From positions 1,856,001 to 1,920,000 of the forward strand of contig CAVVHE010000004.1 of the NCBI GenBank assembly GCA_963748015.1: a stretch of DNA of 64,000 bases, given 5' to 3'. Below, in pieces: positions 54,257 to 62,318 of the stretch. Numbering within the stretch: the first letter of the stretch is position 1; every line of letters starts with the position of its first letter. The notes below the pieces were generated by a model, which worked only from the letters and a program-made list of their open reading frames with translations, had not been told where the DNA came from and did no database searches. This DNA comes from Terriglobia bacterium (GTDB taxonomy: Bacteria; Acidobacteriota; Polarisedimenticolia; Polarisedimenticolales; JAIQFR01). A program made the position numbers and the translations under genes.

Positions 54257-56019
54257 CCAAGGTGATCGTAGGACTCGGGACGTGCGGTATCGCCGCCGGC
54301 GCCGAGGACACGCTTCGCGCGCTCAGGGGCGCGCTCGGCGACGGAGCCGCCGGACTCGAGGTCGCGAGGACCGGCTGCATCGGCATGTGCTACCAGGAGC
54401 CGCTGGTCGAGATCCGCGACGACGCCGGCCGCCGCCACCTCTACGGGCACGTTTCCCCCGACCGGGTGGGACGGATCGTCTCCGAGCATCTCGGCGAGGG
54501 AAAACCGGTCGAGGAGTGGCTGGTCTGGAGCGACGACGGCGAGGGCAGCGAGGCGGACTTTCTCGGGAAGCAGGTCCGCATCGCGCTGCGCAACTGCGGG
54601 AACATCAACCCCGAGGAGATCGACGATTACGTCGCGACGGGCGGGTACCAGGCGCTGCGCAGCGTCCTCGACGGGAACGATCCGGACGGCCTGATCACGC
54701 GGATGGTCGAGTCCGGCCTCCGCGGGCGCGGCGGCGCGGGGTTCCTGACCGGGCTCAAGTGGCGGTTCACCCGCCTCGCGAAGGGCGAGCGGAAATTCGT
54801 GATCTGCAACGCGGACGAGGGAGACCCCGGCGCGTTCATGGACCGGTCGGTCCTCGAGGGGGACCCGCACTCGGTCCTCGAGGGAATGGCGATCGCTGCG
54901 TTCGCGATCGGCGCGGGGGACGCCTACATCTACGCCCGCGCGGAGTACCCGCTCGCGATCCACCGGCTCAACATCGCGATCGCGCAGGCGGAGCAGCGCG
55001 GGTACCTCGGCGACGGCATCTTCGGCACCGGCTTCTCCCTGCACGTCAAGCTGAAGGAGGGTGCGGGCGCCTTCGTTTGCGGCGAGGAGACGGCGCTGAT
55101 CGCCTCGGTCGAGGGGCGCCGCGGGATGCCGCGCGTCCGGCCGCCGTTCCCCGCGGTGAAGGGTCTGTGGGACTGCCCGACCAACATCAACAACGTCGAG
55201 ACGTTCGCCAACGTGCCGTGGATCGTCGAGCGCGGCCCCCAGGCGTTCGCCTCGCTCGGCACCGCCAACAGCAAGGGAACGAAGGTCTTCGCGATGGCGG
55301 GGAAGATCCGGCGGGGCGGTCTCGTCGAGGTCCCGATGGGGATCTCGATCAAGGACATCGTGTTCGGCGTGTGCGGCGGGATCAAGGAGGGCCGGAAGTT
55401 CAAGGCGGTGCAGATGGGCGGCCCCTCCGGCGGCTGCATCCCGGCCGAGCTGCAGGACACGGTGATCGACTACGAGTCGATCAACAAGACCGGCGCGATC
55501 ATGGGGTCCGGCGGCCTCGTCGTCATGGACGACCGTACCTGCATGGTGGAGGTCGCCCGGTTCTTCCTCGACTTCACGCAGCGCGAGAGCTGCGGCAAGT
55601 GCACCTTCTGCCGGATCGGCTCCAAGCGGATGCTGGAGGTCCTGACCCGCATCACCGAGGGCGAGGGGAAGGACGGGGACATCGAGCTGCTGGAGGACCT
55701 CGCGCACCGGGTGAAGAACACCTCGCTGTGCGGCCTCGGCCAGACGGCCCCGAACCCGGTCCTGACCACCCTCAAGTACTTCCGGTCGGAGTACGAGGCC
55801 CACATCAGCAACCGGAAGTGCCCCGCGCACCACTGCGCGAAGCTGTTGACCTACAGCATCGCCGACGACTGCACCGGCTGCACGCTGTGCGTGAAGGCCT
55901 GCCCCACCGGGGCGATTCGCGGCGAGAAGCTCCAGAAGCACGTGATCAACGGGGCCGATTGCATCGCCTGCGCCGCGTGTTTCAAGGTATGCCGCGCCGG
56001 CGCCATCCTCAGGGACTGA
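54253..56019 (+). CDS. NuoF/HydB/StnB-like FMN/NADH-binding subunit
   Basis: GLRGRGGAGF, NADEGDPGAFMD, GEETAL, GGPSGG, CGKCTFC..CGLG, H..CP...C, C-terminal 2x[4Fe-4S]. Confidence 0.93.
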   Translation: MTKVIVGLGTCGIAAGAEDTLRALRGALGDGAAGLEVARTGCIGMCYQEPLVEIRDDAGRRHLYGHVSPDRVGRIVSEHLGEGKPVEEWLVWSDDGEGSEADFLGKQVRIALRNCGNINPEEIDDYVATGGYQALRSVLDGNDPDGLITRMVESGLRGRGGAGFLTGLKWRFTRLAKGERKFVICNADEGDPGAFMDRSVLEGDPHSVLEGMAIAAFAIGAGDAYIYARAEYPLAIHRLNIAIAQAEQRGYLGDGIFGTGFSLHVKLKEGAGAFVCGEETALIASVEGRRGMPRVRPPFPAVKGLWDCPTNINNVETFANVPWIVERGPQAFASLGTANSKGTKVFAMAGKIRRGGLVEVPMGISIKDIVFGVCGGIKEGRKFKAVQMGGPSGGCIPAELQDTVIDYESINKTGAIMGSGGLVVMDDRTCMVEVARFFLDFTQRESCGKCTFCRIGSKRMLEVLTRITEGEGKDGDIELLEDLAHRVKNTSLCGLGQTAPNPVLTTLKYFRSEYEAHISNRKCPAHHCAKLLTYSIADDCTGCTLCVKACPTGAIRGEKLQKHVINGADCIACAACFKVCRAGAILRD

Positions 56020-56047
56020 GCGCGTCGGGAAGGACGGAGATCACTTC

Positions 56048-59000
56048 ATGGCCCTCGTCAAGCTAGAGATCGACGGAAAGCGGATCATCGCGGACGGCAG
56101 CCGGACCATCCTCGAGGTGGCCCGGGAGAACGGCATCGCGTCGATCCCGACGCTTTGCCACGACAACCAGCTCGAGCCGTTCGCGTCGTGCTTCCTCTGC
56201 GTGGTGAAGGTGAAGGGCGCCCGGTCGCTCGCTCCCGCCTGCTCGACCAAGGTCGGCCCCGGCATGGTCGTCGAGACGTACAACGACGAGATCCGGCGGT
56301 CGCGGAAGGCGGCACTCGAGCTGCTCCTCTCGAACCACTACGCCGACTGCGTGGGCCCCTGCCAGCTCGCCTGCCCCGCGGAGGTGGACATCCAGGGGTA
56401 CATCGCGCTGGCGGCCCTGGGGAAGTACAAGGACGCCGTCGCGCTGATCAAGGAGACCAATCCCCTCCCTTCGGTCTGCGGGCGCGTTTGCACCCGGCCC
56501 TGCGAGGTGAAGGGGTGCCGCCGCAACCTGCTCGACGAGGCGGTCGGGATCGACTGGATCAAGCGGTACGTGACCGACCTCGACCTCGGAAGCGGCGACG
56601 CGTGGCGGCCGGAGCTCGCCCCCCCGAAGGGGAAGTCGGTCGCGATCGTGGGCGCCGGGCCGGCGGGGCTGTCGTGCGCGTACTACCTCGCGGTCCGGGG
56701 ATACCAGGTGGACATGCTCGAGGCGCTCCCGGAGGCCGGGGGCATGCTCCGCTACGGCATCCCGGAGTACCGCCTCCCGAAGGACGTCCTCGACCTCGAG
56801 ATCAACCAGATCCTGAGCCTCGGGGTCCGTCTCAAGACGAACACTTTCCTGGGCCGTGACTTCACCATCTCGAGCCTCAAGAGGGACGGCTACCGGGCGA
56901 TCTACCTCGGCCTGGGCGCGTGGAAGAGCTCCGAGATGCGGGTCAAGGGGGAGGAATCCCTGGGGGTCCTTTCCGGGATCGAGTTCCTCAAGAATTTCGG
57001 CCTGAGGCGCAAGATCGACATCTGGGGGCGCGTGCTCGTGATCGGCGGCGGCAACACCGCGATCGACTGCGCCCGCACCGCCCTGCGGCTCGGCGTCAAG
57101 GAGGTCCGCCTCCTCTACCGGCGCACCCGCAACGAGATGCCGGCCAACGCCGCCGAGATCCACGACGCCGAGCAGGAAGGCGTCGCGATGGACTTCCTGG
57201 TGGCGCCGGTCCGCGTGATCACCGCCGAGGGGCGGGTCACGGGAATCGAGTGCCTAAGGATGGAGCTCGGCGAGCCGGACGCCAGCGGGCGCCGGAGCCC
57301 CAAGCCGATCCGCGGCTCCGAGTTCGTCGTGGACTGCGACTTCATCCTGTCGGCCATCGGCCAGGCCACGCGGGTGCCCGAGCTCGTGGACGGGCGCGTC
57401 CCCGACTTCCTCCCGTTCGGCGAGGTCTTGAACCTCACGCGATGGCAGACGATCCAGACGAACGACGCCACGGGCGAGACGAGCGTCGAGGGGGTGTTCG
57501 CGGGCGGCGACGTGGTCACCGGGGCTGCGACGGCGATCGAGGCGATCGCAGCGGGGCGGAAGGCCGCCCACGCCATCGACGCCTACCTGACGGGCGGCGA
57601 GGCGCGACCGGAGCCGAAGGAGTTCCTGAGCCGCAAGGACACCTTCGCGAAGATCTCCGTCGCCGATCTCAGGAACCCGACGGAGTCGAAGCGGCGGACG
57701 ATGCCCCTGCTGACCGTCGAGGACCGCGTCAAGACGTTCGCGGAGGTGGAGCAAGGCTACACCGCGGAGGACATCGAGAAGGAAACGCAGCGGTGCCTCG
57801 AGTGCGGCTGCACCGCGCTCTTCGATTGCGACCTGAGGCGCCACGCGACCGACTACGGCGTGGACATCTCCCGGTTCCTCGGCGAGGCGAAGCAGTACAA
57901 GGTGGACACGACCCACCCCCTGATCGAGCTCGACCAGAACAAGTGCATCCTCTGCGGGCGCTGCGTCAGGATCTGCTCGGAGGTGGTCGGCGTCGCGGCG
58001 TACGGCTATCTCCAGCGGGGATTCAACACGGTGGTCCAGCCCGCGATGGGCGGCTCCCTCCTCGACTCCGGCTGCGTCACGTGCGGCCTGTGCATCGGGA
58101 CCTGCCCGACCGGCGCGATCGCCCAGAAGATCCCGCTCACGAAGCCGGGGCCCTGGCGGACGCGGTCGGTTCCCTCGATCTGCTCGTACTGCGGCGTCGG
58201 CTGCCGGATCGCCTTCGACACGTTCGGCGACACCTCGGTCAAGGTCTCGCGGTGCGAGGACAACCCGGTCACCTTCGGCAACCACTGCAAGAAGGGGCGC
58301 TTCGGGTACGACGTCGTCCACGCCGACGACCGGCTGCGCAAGGCGATGGTCCGGGCGGGACGCGTGCTGCAGGACGCCCCCCTCGACGACGCGATCTCCT
58401 ACGCGGCGATGCGGCTCAAGGAGCTGTCGCGGCGGTACGTGGGCTCCCAGATGGCGGTGTTCGTGTCGCCGCGGTTCACCAACGAGGAGGTTTACCTCGC
58501 GCAGAAGCTCGCGCGGGTCGCGCTCCGGACCCACGACATCGGGTCCCTCGCCCACCTCGTCAACCGCGACCTCCAGTGCCCCGAGGTCGTGTCCACGGCG
58601 ACGTACCGCGACGTCGCGGACGCCCAGCTGATCCTCCTCGCGGGGTCGCGGCTCGACCAGGAGCACTTCGTCGCCGACCTGATCGTGAAGCGCGCCCTGC
58701 GGAACGGCGGGAAACTCGTCTACGTCCATCCCGAGCCGAACGCGGTATCGCGCCTCGCGGACGTCTTCATCCGGTGCCGGCCCGGCACCGAGGCGCTCGT
58801 CGTCCTGGACATCGTCCGGGAGGCTCTCGCCGCGGGCGGCGAGAAGCTCCCCGATCGCGCCTGGCTCAAGGAGGCGATCGCGGGCCTCGAGGGCAACGGC
58901 CTCCGCGAGAAGACCGGCGCGGATCCCGCGCTCGTGCGGGAGGCGGCGCGCCTGCTCGGCCGGAGCCTCATCAAGGTTCTCGTCTTCAACAAGGACTACC

Positions 59001-59815
59001 GCGGAGCGCGGACGGCCCGGGACGCCCGGGTGTACGCCGCGTCGGCGGGGATCCTGGGAGCTTCGCTCCTCGTGCTCCGCGAGAAGGCGAACATGCAGGG
59101 GCTGCTCGACATGGGCGCCTTCCCCGACTGGTTCCCGGGATACCGGTCGGTGCGCGACGAGAGCGTCGTGGACGACCTCGAGAAGGAGTGGTGCGTCGCG
59201 CTCAGGGACCTCGAGACGGCACCGTCCGATCTGGCCGCCCGGCTCCGCGAGAAGAAGATCAAGGTCGCCATCGTCTTCGGCGAGGACCCGCTCGGCGACC
59301 CCGACTTCCCCGAGGACCTCAAGGCGGGCCTGCTCGCGACCGACTTCCTCGTGGTCGGCGACGTCGTCCTCACCGACACGGCGCGGGCGGCGCACGTCGT
59401 GCTGCCGCTCGGCACGTCGGCGGAGACCTCCGGGACGTACACGAACTCCGAGCGCCGCATCCAGAAGATCGAGCGGGCGGTTCCGCCCGCCGCCGGACTC
59501 GAGACCTGGCAGGTCATCGTCCAGCTCGCCTCGAAGATGGGGTACCGCTTCAAGATGAAGTACGCGGGGGTCGCCGACATCATGGAGGAGATCCGGAAGG
59601 TCGTGCCGATCTACCGGAGCCTCTCGACGGAGGACGGCGACACGGGATCGGTGTGGGACCTCTCCGGGTTCCCGCTGCAGCGCGTCGAGCCCGACCCGCG
59701 CGACCTCCTCGTGGACGTCGCCCCGGCCCCCACGCTGCACCTCGACCGCATGGAGGCCCGCTTCGACGCCTGGTTCGACAAGGTGATGGCGGACGCGCGC
59801 GCCGTGCCGCGGTAG
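56048..59815 (+). CDS. StnC/NfnA(Bfu)-like large subunit: [2Fe-2S] - GltD-type FAD/NADPH domain - FeS - FdhA/NuoG-like domain
   Basis: IPTLC..C..C..C, PCQLACP, CGRVC..PCE..C, GAGPAG, GGGNTAID..YRR, AGGD, CILCGRC, CVTCGLC, CSYCGVGC..CKKG, GTYTNSERR. Confidence 0.88.
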   Translation: MALVKLEIDGKRIIADGSRTILEVARENGIASIPTLCHDNQLEPFASCFLCVVKVKGARSLAPACSTKVGPGMVVETYNDEIRRSRKAALELLLSNHYADCVGPCQLACPAEVDIQGYIALAALGKYKDAVALIKETNPLPSVCGRVCTRPCEVKGCRRNLLDEAVGIDWIKRYVTDLDLGSGDAWRPELAPPKGKSVAIVGAGPAGLSCAYYLAVRGYQVDMLEALPEAGGMLRYGIPEYRLPKDVLDLEINQILSLGVRLKTNTFLGRDFTISSLKRDGYRAIYLGLGAWKSSEMRVKGEESLGVLSGIEFLKNFGLRRKIDIWGRVLVIGGGNTAIDCARTALRLGVKEVRLLYRRTRNEMPANAAEIHDAEQEGVAMDFLVAPVRVITAEGRVTGIECLRMELGEPDASGRRSPKPIRGSEFVVDCDFILSAIGQATRVPELVDGRVPDFLPFGEVLNLTRWQTIQTNDATGETSVEGVFAGGDVVTGAATAIEAIAAGRKAAHAIDAYLTGGEARPEPKEFLSRKDTFAKISVADLRNPTESKRRTMPLLTVEDRVKTFAEVEQGYTAEDIEKETQRCLECGCTALFDCDLRRHATDYGVDISRFLGEAKQYKVDTTHPLIELDQNKCILCGRCVRICSEVVGVAAYGYLQRGFNTVVQPAMGGSLLDSGCVTCGLCIGTCPTGAIAQKIPLTKPGPWRTRSVPSICSYCGVGCRIAFDTFGDTSVKVSRCEDNPVTFGNHCKKGRFGYDVVHADDRLRKAMVRAGRVLQDAPLDDAISYAAMRLKELSRRYVGSQMAVFVSPRFTNEEVYLAQKLARVALRTHDIGSLAHLVNRDLQCPEVVSTATYRDVADAQLILLAGSRLDQEHFVADLIVKRALRNGGKLVYVHPEPNAVSRLADVFIRCRPGTEALVVLDIVREALAAGGEKLPDRAWLKEAIAGLEGNGLREKTGADPALVREAARLLGRSLIKVLVFNKDYRGARTARDARVYAASAGILGASLLVLREKANMQGLLDMGAFPDWFPGYRSVRDESVVDDLEKEWCVALRDLETAPSDLAARLREKKIKVAIVFGEDPLGDPDFPEDLKAGLLATDFLVVGDVVLTDTARAAHVVLPLGTSAETSGTYTNSERRIQKIERAVPPAAGLETWQVIVQLASKMGYRFKMKYAGVADIMEEIRKVVPIYRSLSTEDGDTGSVWDLSGFPLQRVEPDPRDLLVDVAPAPTLHLDRMEARFDAWFDKVMADARAVPR

Positions 59816-59880
59816 ACACCGCGCAGCGAGGACGAGCGGCGGACGCGTCGAGCGTTCCGCGAAGAGACGGCTCGCGCGGG

Positions 59881-60043
59881 GGCGAAGTGCGGACCGGGAT
59901 TCGAGTCCCCGCGGCACGCTTCGGCGTTGCGCGGCGTGCATCGCCGCGCCGCCTCGCTCCGGTTTTCGCGCGGCCGTCCGTGGAAGAGACGGCCGCGCGA
60001 AAACAGGGCCGCGGTGGACTCGAATCCCGGCCCGCACTTCGCC
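59881..60043. repeat. structured dispersed repeat, copy 2 (inverted relative to copy 1)
   Basis: Arms 59881-59915 and 60008-60043 pair with one mismatch and one bulge; core matches 18515-18606. Confidence 0.9.
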
Positions 60044-60137
60044 GTGGTCCCACGAGCCTCTCCGCTCGTTACGGGCGCCGAGTCACGGAGCGCGGTAACA
60101 TCGGCGGGACCGATCGGTTCGCAGGGAGGGTTCGGGC

Positions 60138-61928
60138 GTGTGCGGGATCTTCGGAATCGTTTGTCGTGACGATCGCGCTCTTGGCGACCTGCTGACCGAC
60201 GCCGGGCGGCGGCTGTCCTATCGCGGCTACGACTCGGTCGGGTGCGCGACGCTGCGCGGCGACGGCTCGATCGACCTCCGCAAGGACGTCGGGAAGGTCG
60301 ACCAGGTCGCGGAGCGGCTCCGGTTCGGCGAGATGGCGGGCCGGCTGGGAATGATCCAGCTCCGGTGGGCCACCTTCGGCACTCCTTCCCAGGTCAACGC
60401 CCAGCCCCACCTCGACTCCGACGGAGATCTCGTCGGGGCGCACAACGGCAACGTGGTCAACAACGAGGAGCTTCGCCGGCAGTTCGCGGCGGAAGGCATC
60501 ACCGTCCGCTCGAGCAACGACGGCGAGTCCTGCGTGCACGCCGTGGAGCGGTACGTGGATCGCGGCATGGACATGGTCTCCGCGATCCGGCGCGCCTACG
60601 GCGACCTCGAGGGGGACTATGCCTTCGTGATCGCGCGCCGGGGGGACGACCGCCTCTACGCGATCAAGAAGGGATCGGGGTTGGTGGTGGGCCTCACGGA
60701 AGACGGGACGTGCGTGTCGTCCGACCTCCCCTCGATCCTCCCCCTGACCCGCCGCATCGTGAGGGTGCAGGACGGCGAGATCGCGATCCTCGAGGCCGGC
60801 GGCGTCGAGCTGCGGCGGGTCGAGGACGGGAGCGTCGTGGAGCGCGAACCGGAAGAGGTTCGCGAGAGCATGGACGCCGCGCAGAAGGGGGGCTACGCCC
60901 ACTTCATGCTCAAGGAGATACACGAGCAGCCCGAGGCGGCGGCGGAGATCCTGCACCTGCTCGACGCGTCGCCGCACGTGAAGACGATGGTCGAGCACAT
61001 GAGGACCGCGCGCCATCTCTACCTCGTCGGCTGCGGCACCAGCTACCACGCCACCATGCTCGGCGCCGTGTACATGGCGCGCCTGGCCAGGAGGCCCGCG
61101 ATCGCGGTCCTCGCGCCGCAGTTCGTCGCGCACTACGGCCCCGCCCTCGGCCCCGGGGACGTGGGGCTCTTCGTGAGCCAGAGCGGCGAGACGAAGGACG
61201 TGCTCGACGCCGTCGAGGTCGCGCGCGGCCACGGCGTGACGATCCTCGGCCTCGTGAACGTGATCGGCTCCACCCTCATGAGGGAGAGCGAGCACTACCT
61301 CCCCATGGCGTGCGGCTACGAGATCAGCGTGCCCGCGACGAAGACCTTCACGAACCAGGCGGTGGCGTTCCTGCACTTGGCGCTCAGGATGGGCGGCCAT
61401 CCGACGGACCTCCTGGGCCACCTGCCCGGCCTGCTCGAGGAGACCCTCCGGTCGGTGGAGCCCCAGGTGGACGCCATCGTTCCTGCCCTGCGCGGCCACG
61501 ACGACATGTACGCCCTCGGCTTCGGCCTCACCTACCCGATCGCCCTCGAAGGGGCGCTGAAGCTGAAGGAGATCACGTACGCCCACTGCGAGGGGATGCT
61601 CTCGACCGAGTTCAAGCACGGGCCGCTGTCCGCGGTCACCGAAGGGTACCCGGTCGTGTTCGTGAGCGGCCCCGAGGACGTGCCGATGCTGGTGAGCGGG
61701 ATCAACGAAACGACCTGCCGCGGCGGCCGGGCGATCGCGGTCGCCGAGGAGGACCCGCGCCTCAGGATCAACGCCCACGACCTGATCGTTCTCCCCCACG
61801 CCGGGGCGCTGCTCAACCCGCTGCTCGCCACCTTGCCGCTCCAGCTCCTGGCCTACCGTCTCAGCATCGAGCGCGGAAACGACCCGGACTTCCCGCGGAA
61901 CCTGAGCAAGACGCTGACGGTGGACTGA
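60138..61928 (+). CDS. glmS: glutamine--fructose-6-phosphate transaminase (isomerizing), divergent
   Basis: MCGI, YRGYDS, RWAT.G, HNG, SQSGET, EGALKLKEI, KHGP, PRNLSK. Confidence 0.88.
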   Translation: MCGIFGIVCRDDRALGDLLTDAGRRLSYRGYDSVGCATLRGDGSIDLRKDVGKVDQVAERLRFGEMAGRLGMIQLRWATFGTPSQVNAQPHLDSDGDLVGAHNGNVVNNEELRRQFAAEGITVRSSNDGESCVHAVERYVDRGMDMVSAIRRAYGDLEGDYAFVIARRGDDRLYAIKKGSGLVVGLTEDGTCVSSDLPSILPLTRRIVRVQDGEIAILEAGGVELRRVEDGSVVEREPEEVRESMDAAQKGGYAHFMLKEIHEQPEAAAEILHLLDASPHVKTMVEHMRTARHLYLVGCGTSYHATMLGAVYMARLARRPAIAVLAPQFVAHYGPALGPGDVGLFVSQSGETKDVLDAVEVARGHGVTILGLVNVIGSTLMRESEHYLPMACGYEISVPATKTFTNQAVAFLHLALRMGGHPTDLLGHLPGLLEETLRSVEPQVDAIVPALRGHDDMYALGFGLTYPIALEGALKLKEITYAHCEGMLSTEFKHGPLSAVTEGYPVVFVSGPEDVPMLVSGINETTCRGGRAIAVAEEDPRLRINAHDLIVLPHAGALLNPLLATLPLQLLAYRLSIERGNDPDFPRNLSKTLTVD

Positions 61929-61943
61929 CGAGGGAACCCGCCG

Positions 61944-62300
61944 ATGAGCACATCCCTGCGAGACGCTTCGGTCCTCGTCCTGGTGACGCGGGACGGGATG
62001 GGGCATGCCGAGCAACCGCTCCGCCACAAGCTGATCCGGAACTACCTCGGCCTTCTCGAAGGCAACGGCATGCTGCCCGGCGCCATCGCGTTCTACGGGG
62101 AGGGAGTCCGCCTGGTGGTCGAAGGATCGCCGGCGCTCGACCACCTCGCATCGCTGGAGGCGAAGGGCGTCCACCTCGTCGTCTGCAAGACCTGCCTCGA
62201 CGAGTACGGGCTCGTGGAAAAACTCCGCGTGGGGGTGATCGGCGGAATGAGCGACATCCTCGCCGCGCAGTGGAAGGCGACGAAGGTCATCACCGTCTGA
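61944..62300 (+). CDS. DsrE/YedF-like sulfurtransferase family protein
   Basis: GMG...L..KL, IAFYGEGVRL, CKTCL..Y, VG.IGGM.DI. Confidence 0.75.
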   Translation: MSTSLRDASVLVLVTRDGMGHAEQPLRHKLIRNYLGLLEGNGMLPGAIAFYGEGVRLVVEGSPALDHLASLEAKGVHLVVCKTCLDEYGLVEKLRVGVIGGMSDILAAQWKATKVITV

Positions 62301-62318
62301 GGCGCCGGAGCGACCGGG

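Noticed and set aside
53786..59815. Respiratory complex I nuoEFG or a formate dehydrogenase
   Set aside because: No other nuo genes nearby; the GltD insert and the missing Mo ligand argue against both.
59893..59912. GGGATTCGAGTCCCC resembling a tRNA T-arm
   Set aside because: No acceptor, D or anticodon arms; it is part of the inverted-repeat arm of the structured element.
59816..60137. glmS ribozyme upstream of glmS
   Set aside because: I did not recognise the ribozyme core; the structure here is the dispersed repeat also found after cstA.
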